From Sphingobacteriales bacterium (GTDB taxonomy: Bacteria > Bacteroidota > Bacteroidia > Chitinophagales > CAIOSU01): a DNA stretch of 64,000 bases. Position numbers and translations under genes: made by a program. Positions 41,349 to 49,669 of the stretch are shown here, piece by piece; positions within the stretch are counted from its first letter, which is position 1, and each line of letters opens with the position of its first letter. The notes under the pieces are model-generated. The model worked only from the letters and a program-made list of their open reading frames with translations. It had not been told where the DNA came from and searched no databases. Location: NCBI GenBank assembly GCA_027486795.1, contig JAIXOI010000057.1, positions 26,896 through 90,895 of the forward strand, read 5' to 3'.

Positions 41349-41502
41349 GATTTGGGTGGGTTTGAACTGGCCACAAAGGTAAGTCAAAAATGATAAAGGA
41401 GTGCAGCATGATAATGCTAAGCCTTGCTAAAAAGATAAAAAAACAAAGCTGTATTTGGGAATAATTGCCAAAAAGTAACAGTGCAGGATATCTCTTAAAG
41501 GC

Positions 41503-43485
41503 TTAACTATAAAACCGCCAAATCAAACCAACCTTAAATGCTCGTGGTGGGGCGGGATATTTGTAGGCATTAAAGTAGCCATTTTCTTTAAACATGCCTT
41601 GGTTTACATGTTCCATTTTAAGGAAAATAACCAACTCAGATACTTGAACATTGACAAATAAATCCATCACTGGATAGAACTTAAGCGCCTCTGCATTTTG
41701 CACATGAAACTGGCCCGTAAGCGGGAAGTAGCCAAAAGCGTTATAATTGGTGTTGTAAAACACATCGACCCCAACCCGGCCATTTAGGTTATTTTTAAAA
41801 AGCGATTTCTCGTAGTAAAGCGTATTGCGGCCCCAATAAGTAGGTAAAGGCAGCACTTTATCGTTGCTCACAAACTGTACCCTGATTTCGTTTTCAAGGC
41901 CCATGTCCCAGAATGTGAGGGTATGTTTCAATTTAAACACTATAGCTTGTAAGCTGCCATCCATTTGCCCTGGTAATCGGTTCGCATCCATGTAAGCATA
42001 GTTGCTCATGTTGTAAAAGTAGCCACCAAGGGTAAGTCTATATTTGGGCAGTGTATACTCTAGCCCAGCACGGAAGGTTTGGGTTTTGGCTAGGTTTTGC
42101 TGAAGGGTAAAGCCACTAAAGGAAAGGTTATTGTATAGCCAATTTTGCTCAGCGTTTCGCAATGAAGCCACGGCGTTTATTTCGCCAGCTTTTTTTGAGC
42201 GGTAACCCATTCGAGCGCTTACGTATAGGTCGTTGGCATTATACCCTAGCAACTGGTAGTTAGCGGTTCCTTCGTAAGTAAATCGTTTATCGGATAGCGG
42301 GTGGTCGCCAATGCGAATGTTGGCCGATAGACCAGAAAAAGCACTGCTGAGGTTGCCATTGCTCACATCAATAAGTTGTTGCTCGATATGGGCGTCAATC
42401 AAGAAGTTGCGATATTTCGCTCCACTTGAGTCAGCGGAAAGTATTTTGGCGAATTGAATACCTAATCGGTTGCCCCATTGTTTTTGTCGAACATTAAAAC
42501 TTAGGCTGTCAGCATCAACATAAAAGTTGCCATAATAATCGGCATTTGGGTTCTGGTCAGCAAACGCATATTTAAGATTTTTGATTTGCAGTTCGTGGTA
42601 TATTACCCAATCTGCAAAAAAACGTTGTGCTTTGGTGGTGTCATCTAACTGGAACCCAATAATTTTGCCTTGCCTTATCTCTTGGCGCACTACAAACTGA
42701 AAATCGCGCATGAAGGTTTTGGCGCTTTCCAGCTCTACGGCAACTAGCGACGAGGTGGTGTATGAAGAGTCTCTGAAAATATCGGTGCCTTGCGAGCCTC
42801 CGTTGTCTTGTACCCTTACGCTATTGAACAGGAGCATCATGCTCAGGCCATACTTCCCACTAGGGGCTTCGTATCGCGATGTGAGGGCAAGATTGTTGTG
42901 ACTGGTTTCTTGGGCTAGGTAGGAGCCTGGCGAGGCAAACCGGTTAAAATTAAAAGCAAAATTGAAATGCTTGCCAATATTTTGGTTGTGAGTTACCCTG
43001 GCTGATTGCTCACGGTTGGCACCAATAAGCAAAAACAGGTTGGTAAATGGCTGGTCGAGCGTATACCAGCGCAAGTTGTTGCGGTGGAACATGTACAAAT
43101 CATATTGTTCAAGGCCCAGCGTAAATTTAACATCCTGCTTCGGGATGATAGTGAGCGGAATGTGGGCAAGCCCTAGGTTGCCTAAGTTGCGATACCTAAA
43201 GTTATTTTCTTGTTGCCCTGGCTCGTAATATTGCTTGCCATCTAAAGTAGTATCAAGCGGCTGTGGCGCAACAAACTCATCACCTATAGTAAAGTAGGGT
43301 AGGCGTGAGTAAAATCGGCGCTTTAGCGTGTCACCATCTGCCGTTAATATGGGTTTGGTACTGTCCGTTCTAGATACTTCGGTTTCGGCACCCAACCCTT
43401 TTTTTGAAGAATTTTGCGCATACGCTGCTATTGGCAATAGGGTTATTGCCAATAGCAGGGTTAGTATATGGTTGGTTATGCGCAA
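41503..43485 (-). CDS. Outer-membrane beta-barrel protein (putative porin family)
   Basis: Signal peptide (LLLAITLLPIAAYAQ), alternating beta-strand-like composition rich in Y/N/G/F over 660 aa, and an aromatic C-terminal strand (VGLIWRFYS). Confidence 0.5.
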   Translation of the reverse strand: MRITNHILTLLLAITLLPIAAYAQNSSKKGLGAETEVSRTDSTKPILTADGDTLKRRFYSRLPYFTIGDEFVAPQPLDTTLDGKQYYEPGQQENNFRYRNLGNLGLAHIPLTIIPKQDVKFTLGLEQYDLYMFHRNNLRWYTLDQPFTNLFLLIGANREQSARVTHNQNIGKHFNFAFNFNRFASPGSYLAQETSHNNLALTSRYEAPSGKYGLSMMLLFNSVRVQDNGGSQGTDIFRDSSYTTSSLVAVELESAKTFMRDFQFVVRQEIRQGKIIGFQLDDTTKAQRFFADWVIYHELQIKNLKYAFADQNPNADYYGNFYVDADSLSFNVRQKQWGNRLGIQFAKILSADSSGAKYRNFLIDAHIEQQLIDVSNGNLSSAFSGLSANIRIGDHPLSDKRFTYEGTANYQLLGYNANDLYVSARMGYRSKKAGEINAVASLRNAEQNWLYNNLSFSGFTLQQNLAKTQTFRAGLEYTLPKYRLTLGGYFYNMSNYAYMDANRLPGQMDGSLQAIVFKLKHTLTFWDMGLENEIRVQFVSNDKVLPLPTYWGRNTLYYEKSLFKNNLNGRVGVDVFYNTNYNAFGYFPLTGQFHVQNAEALKFYPVMDLFVNVQVSELVIFLKMEHVNQGMFKENGYFNAYKYPAPPRAFKVGLIWRFYS

Positions 43486-43560
43486 ACTTTATTTTTTGTC
43501 TGAACCTTTATTAAAAATGGATATTAGCTCAACTCAAAACAGGCTCCTCACCCTTTTTCA

Positions 43561-43579
43561 GGGGGAGGGTGGGAGGGGG
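43561..43579 (+). other. G-quadruplex-type motif GGGGGAGGGTGGGAGGGGG
   Basis: Four G-runs of 3 or more Gs separated by single-nucleotide loops, in the gap between the PNP stop and the porin start. Confidence 0.6.
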
Positions 43580-43644
43580 TTGTTGATACGACCATTGCAT
43601 TTGATTTGGCCTACATACCCAGTTCGAAACTAAATCTCAATAAC

Positions 43645-43663
43645 TTCCAAATTTTCAAATTGA
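43645..43663. repeat. Copy of an octamer-family element, TTCCAAATTTTCAAATTGA
   Basis: 19-nt exact match to 13842-13860, lying directly 3' of the minus-strand PNP stop codon (43666-43668). Confidence 0.85.
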
Positions 43664-43665
43664 AT

Positions 43666-44490
43666 TTACAAACTCTCAATCAACTCCCTCAATACCGTAG
43701 TTAGTTTTGGTTCAGCCTCGCTGGCTACACGTATTACATCTTCCAGAGAGGTTTCTTTAATGTTTTCTTCTGGGTAGCCCATATCCGTAATTACCGAAAT
43801 GGCGAATACCGGCAACTCCATGTGTTTGGCTACAATAACTTCTGGCACTGTGCTCATACCCACACAATCTCCGCCTATGGTATAGAACATTTTATATTCT
43901 GCTGGGGTCTCCAAAGTAGGCCCTTGCACACCTACATATACGCCAGCGTGAATGCGGTAGCCGTGCTTTAAGCCAATCTCTAAACCTTTTTGTACCAACG
44001 ATTTGTCATACGTTTTAAGCATATCCGGGAAACGTGGACCCAACTCATCGTAGTTTTTGCCACGCAACGGATGCTCAGGTTGCATATTTATATGGTCACG
44101 CAAAATCATTAAGTCACCGTTTTGGTAACTTGGGTTTAAGCCACCTGAGGCGTTGGAGATAAAAAGGGTTTTTATACCCAAGTATTTAAATACTCTTACT
44201 GGGAAGGTAACTTGCTGCATGCTGTATCCTTCGTAGTAGTGAAAACGGCCTTGCATGGCCACTACTTTTTTACCGTTTAGGTTGCCGAAAATCAATCGGC
44301 CCTTGTGGCTCTCCACTGTCGATACAGGGAAGTTTGGTATGTTGCTGTAAGGCAGCTCGGCTACCAATTCAATTTCTTCGGCAAGGTTTCCTAGTCCAGT
44401 GCCTAGTATAATGGCATAGTCGGGTTGGAAGTTAACGGTGGCTTTAATGAATTTTACGGTCTCTTCAATTTTTTCAAGCAAATGCTCCAT
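43666..44490 (-). CDS. Purine nucleoside phosphorylase (trimeric PNP family)
   Basis: GRLIFGNLNGKKVVAMQGRFHYYEGY, SNASGGLN, GPTLETPAE..., VGMSTVPEV. Confidence 0.85.
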   Translation of the reverse strand: MEHLLEKIEETVKFIKATVNFQPDYAIILGTGLGNLAEEIELVAELPYSNIPNFPVSTVESHKGRLIFGNLNGKKVVAMQGRFHYYEGYSMQQVTFPVRVFKYLGIKTLFISNASGGLNPSYQNGDLMILRDHINMQPEHPLRGKNYDELGPRFPDMLKTYDKSLVQKGLEIGLKHGYRIHAGVYVGVQGPTLETPAEYKMFYTIGGDCVGMSTVPEVIVAKHMELPVFAISVITDMGYPEENIKETSLEDVIRVASEAEPKLTTVLRELIESL

Positions 44491-44492
44491 GA

Positions 44493-45581
44493 TTAGGGTT
44501 GTATGGCGTTTCGGTTTTTCAATTCCCTTAAACGGGATAAATAGTTTAATATTTCAGTATCGAACAGGGCTTTGTCTTCCGCGAAGAACTCTACCTGCAT
44601 CGGTTGCACAAAAATCGGTATTTTCCGCTCAATAAACCATTGGCGGTAGGTATGCAGCCGCACAGCATCTTTTTCGGTAGTGATTATGGCTTTCTGCGCC
44701 GACTCTAAGTTGGCAAAGGCCGTCACCATGTGCTCAGCATCATGTGCACTGTAGGCGTGGTGGTCGGGGTATTGCATGGCATGTACCTGCTTAAACTTCG
44801 GGGTTAAATACTCCAACAAGGGTTTAGGGTTGGCTATGCCCGCCAACATTATTATCTCCACATCGGTGCCTTGAGCCAGCTTTTCGGCTGGGTTCATTAG
44901 GTTGTAGGCAGGTGCATATTGTAGGTAACTGAAAAACAGTTTTTGATTGGCCAAAGGCTTTAGCTCCTGCCTTACAGCCGCTTTTTGTTGTGCGGTAAGG
45001 TCGGGCGGGCACTTGGTAACGATGATAAACTGTGCCCTAGCTGCTCCAGCAATTGGTTCCCTAAGGCTGCCGGCAGGTATCAATTCATCGCGGGTATATA
45101 AGTTGTTGTAGTCGGTAAGCAGTATGCTCAGCCCAGCGTCAATGCTTCGGTGCTGAAAGGCATCATCCAACAACAGCACTTCGGTAGCTGGCCAATCGCT
45201 CAACAGTTGCGGCACGGCCATCACCCTATCCTCGCCTACGCTTACGCCCACTTGTGGGTATTTCCATTTTATTAGTTGTGGTTCGTCGCCCACCTGTTCT
45301 GGGGTGGTTTCAGCTGTGGCAGCAAAGTATCCTTTGGTTTTGCGCATATAGCCCCGGCTGAGGGTAGCCACATGAAAGTGCGGGCTAATGAGCCTTATAA
45401 GGTACTCAATATGCGGTGTTTTACCGGTGCCTCCGTAGCTAAGGTTGCCTACGTTTATTACCGGCAGATCAAACTGTATACTTTTGTAATGCCCATTATC
45501 AAACAGCCAGTTTCGGGTGCGCACCACGCTGCCGTATATAAACGTGATGGGCGATAAAAGCATACTGGTAATTGATGGCAT
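44493..45581 (-). CDS. lpxK: Tetraacyldisaccharide 4'-kinase
   Basis: VINVGNLSYGGTGKTPHIEYLI (LpxK P-loop context) and LLDDAFQH; 362 aa. Confidence 0.85.
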   Translation of the reverse strand: MPSITSMLLSPITFIYGSVVRTRNWLFDNGHYKSIQFDLPVINVGNLSYGGTGKTPHIEYLIRLISPHFHVATLSRGYMRKTKGYFAATAETTPEQVGDEPQLIKWKYPQVGVSVGEDRVMAVPQLLSDWPATEVLLLDDAFQHRSIDAGLSILLTDYNNLYTRDELIPAGSLREPIAGAARAQFIIVTKCPPDLTAQQKAAVRQELKPLANQKLFFSYLQYAPAYNLMNPAEKLAQGTDVEIIMLAGIANPKPLLEYLTPKFKQVHAMQYPDHHAYSAHDAEHMVTAFANLESAQKAIITTEKDAVRLHTYRQWFIERKIPIFVQPMQVEFFAEDKALFDTEILNYLSRLRELKNRNAIQP

Positions 45582-45665
45582 GTTGTAAAACTAGTACGTT
45601 TTGCGAATAAGAATACAGCTAATGCTACGTTAAATGGTAAGCATGCCAATTTAGTTCGTATACCG

Positions 45666-45673
45666 TATCTTTG
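45666..45673 (+). promoter_or_regulatory. Candidate -7 promoter box TATCTTTG, 6 nt before the ATG at 45680
   Basis: Exact TAnnTTTG. Confidence 0.35.
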
Positions 45674-45679
45674 TTTATC

Positions 45680-45895
45680 ATGAAATATGCCCTTGTTGCG
45701 CTCTTTTTTGTTGCCTTGTCTTCCTCTTGCAAGAAAACACAATCATGTATTGATACTAGCAAGATTGACTATACCCGATTTTGTGGCAACACCTACGACC
45801 CTGTGTGTGGTTGCGACGACTTCACCTATAACAACGCCTGTGAAGCCGAGCGCAGTGGTGTAGTTTCTTGGATTGGTGGGCCGTGCTTACAATAG
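45680..45895 (+). CDS. Small lipoprotein with a Kazal-type serine protease inhibitor-like domain
   Basis: Lipobox (ALSSSC). FCGNTYDPVCGCDDFTYNNACEAERSGV...GPC matches the Kazal cysteine and PVCG..TY.N.C pattern. Confidence 0.55.
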   Translation: MKYALVALFFVALSSSCKKTQSCIDTSKIDYTRFCGNTYDPVCGCDDFTYNNACEAERSGVVSWIGGPCLQ

Positions 45896-46083
45896 AGATG
45901 GATTAATTGGTTAGAATTATCTTTTAAAGCTATTTTTTTTGCTTAATTTTTAATGATTGCAAAGGCTTAAGATATCCATCTGCAAATTTTCTGGATACTT
46001 GATACGCAATACTAGGTACTAAAAAAACAAATTCCTTATCTTCATAGCATTCAATCCAAATTATCCAAAAATTCTCCTCAACA

Positions 46084-47655
46084 ATGGATACGTCCACTCT
46101 TGCCCGTGTTACGGTTACCAACCCCATTAATCTTAAAGAACTTTATTCGTTTGAAGAGCCAACCACGGCCGAGCTCGATCAAGTGTTTGCCCGTGCTCGT
46201 GCCATGGAGCCTGTGCTGCGTAAAATGAGCGTAAAGGAAAGAGTGGGTCACATGAATAATGTGAGGCAGTATATTATCGACAATCGCGAATGGATACTTG
46301 ACCGTATTATAGAAGAAACAGGCAAGAGCCGCATGGATGCCCTTACTGCTGAGGTGTTTGAGGTAACCGATGTGTTTGATTACTTTGAGAAAGTAACCGA
46401 GAAGCTGCTAAAAGATAAGAGTGTTTATACCCCGCTGCCGTTGTTGGGCAAAAAATCGAAAATATATTGGGAGCCTTTAGGTACAGTATTGATTATCGCT
46501 CCTTGGAATTTTCCATTCTACCAGGGCATTGTGCCAGCCATGTTGGCCTTTTTGGCAGGCAACCCAGTGTTGTTTAAGCCTAGCGAAGTGACCCCGATGA
46601 AGGGCGTGATGGAGAAAGTGTTGGAAGGGGCTGGTTTTCCTAAAGATGCCATACAAGTAGTGTACGGTGCTAAAAACACTGGCGCACAATTGATTGAGCG
46701 CCGCCCCGCTAAAATACACTTTACCGGCAGCGTGAATACGGGCAAGAAGATTATGGCCCTGGCCGCACAACAACTGATACCCGTTGATTTGGAGCTTGGA
46801 GGTAAAGACCCTAGCTTGGTATTTGAAGACGTAGACCTAGAGCGCACTGTGAACGGCATTATGTGGGGCGCTTTTACCAATGCAGGCCAAAGCTGCACTA
46901 GTATCGAGCGTTTGTATATACACGAGAGCATCTATCAGCCGCTCCTGGATATGCTGGTTGAAAAAACCAAGAAGCTTACCGTAAGCCATGCGGGTCGCGA
47001 TTACAAATCGCCAGCCGATGTAGATATGGGCACCGTTACAGCCGAGTTTCAAATAAGAATTATTGAAGACCATATAAAAGACGCTGTGGAGCGTGGCGGC
47101 AAGGTATTGTGCGGTGGTAGCCGCCAGCCAGGGACGCACCATTTTCCGCCAACCATTGTGGCCGACGTAGACCATAGCTTTAAAATAGCCAGTGTGGAAA
47201 CCTTCGGCCCGGTGATAGCGGTAATGAAATTCAAAACCGAAGAAGAGGCCATCCGTTTGGCAAACGACTCGCCATATGGCTTAAGTGCCAGTGTGTGGAG
47301 CAAAGACTTAAAACGCGCCGAGCGTGTAGCCCGAGAGATTATTACCGGCAACGTGAGCATCAATAGCCACATGCTTACCGAGGGCAACCCAGCGTTACCA
47401 TTTGGTGGTATAAAGGATAGCGGCTTTGGTCGCTACAAAGGCGAAGCAGGCATCTACACATTCTGCAACAGCAAATCGGTATTGATTGACGTACAAGGCA
47501 AAAAGATAGAGCCACATTGGTACCCGTTTACCCCTGAGAAATATGCGTTGTTAACCGATTTGATGGTTGCGTTGTTTAGTAAATCGAAGAATTGGGTAAA
47601 ATTTGCCGTTTCAGGATTGAAAATCGACAACATCGGTACGAAACAGAAATTGTAA
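46084..47655 (+). CDS. Aldehyde dehydrogenase family protein
   Basis: PWNFPF, FTGSVNTGKKI, ELGGKDP and GQSCTSIER (catalytic Glu and Cys). 523 aa, with about 60 extra C-terminal residues. Confidence 0.85.
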   Translation: MDTSTLARVTVTNPINLKELYSFEEPTTAELDQVFARARAMEPVLRKMSVKERVGHMNNVRQYIIDNREWILDRIIEETGKSRMDALTAEVFEVTDVFDYFEKVTEKLLKDKSVYTPLPLLGKKSKIYWEPLGTVLIIAPWNFPFYQGIVPAMLAFLAGNPVLFKPSEVTPMKGVMEKVLEGAGFPKDAIQVVYGAKNTGAQLIERRPAKIHFTGSVNTGKKIMALAAQQLIPVDLELGGKDPSLVFEDVDLERTVNGIMWGAFTNAGQSCTSIERLYIHESIYQPLLDMLVEKTKKLTVSHAGRDYKSPADVDMGTVTAEFQIRIIEDHIKDAVERGGKVLCGGSRQPGTHHFPPTIVADVDHSFKIASVETFGPVIAVMKFKTEEEAIRLANDSPYGLSASVWSKDLKRAERVAREIITGNVSINSHMLTEGNPALPFGGIKDSGFGRYKGEAGIYTFCNSKSVLIDVQGKKIEPHWYPFTPEKYALLTDLMVALFSKSKNWVKFAVSGLKIDNIGTKQKL

Positions 47656-47656
47656 C

Positions 47657-47688
47657 TTGGAAATTTGAGCATTTGCTAATTTGGAAAT
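47657..47688. repeat. Octamer array TTGGAAAT TTGAGCAT TTGCTAAT TTGGAAAT
   Basis: Period 8, beginning 2 nt after the ALDH stop codon. Same family as 13779-13810. Confidence 0.85.
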
Positions 47689-47762
47689 GAGGTTTTGTGT
47701 GTAGTGGAGAGATAAATTAGCCTGTTACTTCTATTTTCAAGTTTTTGAAATTGCTACATCCT

Positions 47763-47815
47763 CAAATTGAATTTCCATTTTCACATTTTCAAATTAGCAC
47801 ATTTTCAAATTAGTT
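47763..47815. repeat. Octamer array (CAAATTGA) ATTTCCAT TTTCACAT TTTCAAAT TAGCACAT TTTCAAAT TAGTT, running into the ATG
   Basis: Period 8, an imperfect inverted partner of 47657-47688. CAAATTAGCACATT (47790-47803) is the exact reverse complement of 13790-13803. Confidence 0.85.
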
Positions 47816-49207
47816 ATGTACGACTACATCATTATCGGCACTGGGCCATCGGGCGGAAACATTGCCCACAACTTGTTTAAAGCCGGCGCCAATATCTTGG
47901 TACTTGAAGCTGGAAAGCTAATGAACAAAAAAACCTTTCCGCGCACTGAGGCCGATACCTCGGCAAGGCTCTATTGGGGCGGCGGCATTGAGTTTGATAC
48001 CGATGCTAAAATGGGTTTTTTGCGCACCCGCGTGGTGGGCGGTACTTCCATTGTAAACCAATGCCTGCTCGATCGTTTTGATGATATTGCCTTTAATGAT
48101 TGGAAGGCCGAAAGTGGCGTCAATTGGTTCACCAATGAGCAGTTGGCTAAGCACTACGATACGGTAGAACATGCATTGGCCTTGCACACCTTTACGGCTA
48201 ATGAAATGAACCGCAATGCACAGCTTTTTACTCAAAGCTGCGATAAAATAGGCGTAAAATGGGGATACCTCCGCAAAGGGCAAAGCGATTGTGCCCAGGA
48301 ACGCGGTAATGATTGCATGGCCTGCTTGGGCGGTTGCCACCGCGATAGCAAACAAAGCTCATATGCTGGCTACTTGCGCGACGATATTGCAGCAGGATTG
48401 AATATACAAACCGAGACCGAGGTAACGCAAATTGTAAATAATGGAAACACGGTTACACTGCATGCCTTACAACAAGGTAAACCCTTAACCTTTCAAGCCA
48501 AAAACATAGTGCTGGCTGGTGGTGCTTTTGGCACTACTAAAATGCTCCTGCAATCTGGTTTTAAGAAGCAGTTGCCAGCCTTGGGCAAAAACTTTAGCAC
48601 GCACCCGCAGTTTATGAGTTTCGGCTTGTTTAATGAAGAGATACATGCTTATAAGGGCTATTTCCAAACGGTGGCCTCAAAAGACCCGAACCTTCGCCAA
48701 AAAGGTTATAAGTTAGAGAATGTGTTTGCCCCGCCTATCTCTGCAGCTATGTTGTTCAGCCGCACGGGAGCGTATCACCAAGAGATTATGCGCAACTATA
48801 CTCGCATGACCTGTATAGAAGTGGCCGTGCGCGACGAAAATGCCGGCGAGATAAAAGTGGATAATAAAGGAAAGCTAACCATTGATAAACCCTTTACCGC
48901 CCAAGACCGCCGCCGCCGCGATGAAGGCCGCGAATTGATAGCGAATATACTCACCAATGAAGGTGCTAAAAAGGTATATGCCAGTCCGTTTTCGGTTGGG
49001 TTGCACCTAATGGGAGGCAGCGTTATGGGTACAGACTCTGCCAAATCGGTAGTTGACCCAGAATTTAGGGTGCATGGCTACAAAAACATGTTTGTTGCCG
49101 ATAGCAGTATATACCCCAATGCCCCAGGCATTAACCCATCGTTAACCATTATGGCATTAGCACAAAAATTAAGTGACCAATTAATAGGAGCAAACCATGG
49201 CATCTAA
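47816..49207 (+). CDS. GMC-family FAD-dependent oxidoreductase
   Basis: MYDYIIIGTGPSGG (FAD GxGxxG), a C-terminal GMC signature region (HLMGGSVMG...FVADSSIYPNAPGINPSLTIMALA); 463 aa. Confidence 0.8.
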   Translation: MYDYIIIGTGPSGGNIAHNLFKAGANILVLEAGKLMNKKTFPRTEADTSARLYWGGGIEFDTDAKMGFLRTRVVGGTSIVNQCLLDRFDDIAFNDWKAESGVNWFTNEQLAKHYDTVEHALALHTFTANEMNRNAQLFTQSCDKIGVKWGYLRKGQSDCAQERGNDCMACLGGCHRDSKQSSYAGYLRDDIAAGLNIQTETEVTQIVNNGNTVTLHALQQGKPLTFQAKNIVLAGGAFGTTKMLLQSGFKKQLPALGKNFSTHPQFMSFGLFNEEIHAYKGYFQTVASKDPNLRQKGYKLENVFAPPISAAMLFSRTGAYHQEIMRNYTRMTCIEVAVRDENAGEIKVDNKGKLTIDKPFTAQDRRRRDEGRELIANILTNEGAKKVYASPFSVGLHLMGGSVMGTDSAKSVVDPEFRVHGYKNMFVADSSIYPNAPGINPSLTIMALAQKLSDQLIGANHGI

Positions 49208-49598
49208 TTATCTAAGCAACTCGGCCCTGAAAGCCATTAATCGCATTGGCGATATGATGATACCTCGCAACGGTGAGTTCCCTTCCTTCAGCGAAGTGGG
49301 CGGCATAGCCTATATCGATGACTTGGTATCGTATGCCCCACCAGCGGACATAAAAGACCTAAATCTCTTGCTTACTATACTGGCCTTCATGCCCAACTTT
49401 GTTTTGAGGTGGCTATTAAACAGGATGGAAAACTCCATGGAAAGCAGTGGCCCATTGGCACCTATTTTCCGTATGTTGGATGTTGGCTTACGCGGCCTTA
49501 TTTTCTCATGCTACTACACCGAAAAAATACCCGCCAGCTACACAGGCAAAAAGCCGTTGGATATTATCGGGTTTGATTTGACCAGGGTGGAGGATTAA
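49197..49598 (+). CDS. Hypothetical protein, overlapping the GMC oxidoreductase gene by 11 nt
   Basis: 133-aa ORF overlapping the GMC gene end by 11 nt. No motif recognised. Confidence 0.45.
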   Translation: MASNYLSNSALKAINRIGDMMIPRNGEFPSFSEVGGIAYIDDLVSYAPPADIKDLNLLLTILAFMPNFVLRWLLNRMENSMESSGPLAPIFRMLDVGLRGLIFSCYYTEKIPASYTGKKPLDIIGFDLTRVED

Positions 49599-49669
49599 GG
49601 GGTATGCGTTGCGTACTTCGGCTCCGCTCAGTATGACATAATGGGGGTTTATTGATATTGCTGTAGTAT

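Noticed and set aside
45897-45980. 8-nt inverted repeat AGATGGAT...ATCCATCT after the Kazal-like gene, and the 65-aa minus-strand ORF at 45930-46127
   Set aside because: The arms are short with a 68-nt AT-rich loop, so it is weak as a terminator. The ORF overlaps the ALDH start and has no features of a real gene.
49599-49669. GTCATACTGAGCGGAGCCGAAGTACGCAACGC-type word (read on the minus strand) between the convergent small ORF and radA
   Set aside because: It resembles dispersed GTCAT..CTGAGCG.AG.CGAAG motifs I recall seeing in Bacteroidota intergenic DNA. Only one copy is in this window, it has no clear hairpin, and I have no way to confirm the family, so it is left uncalled.
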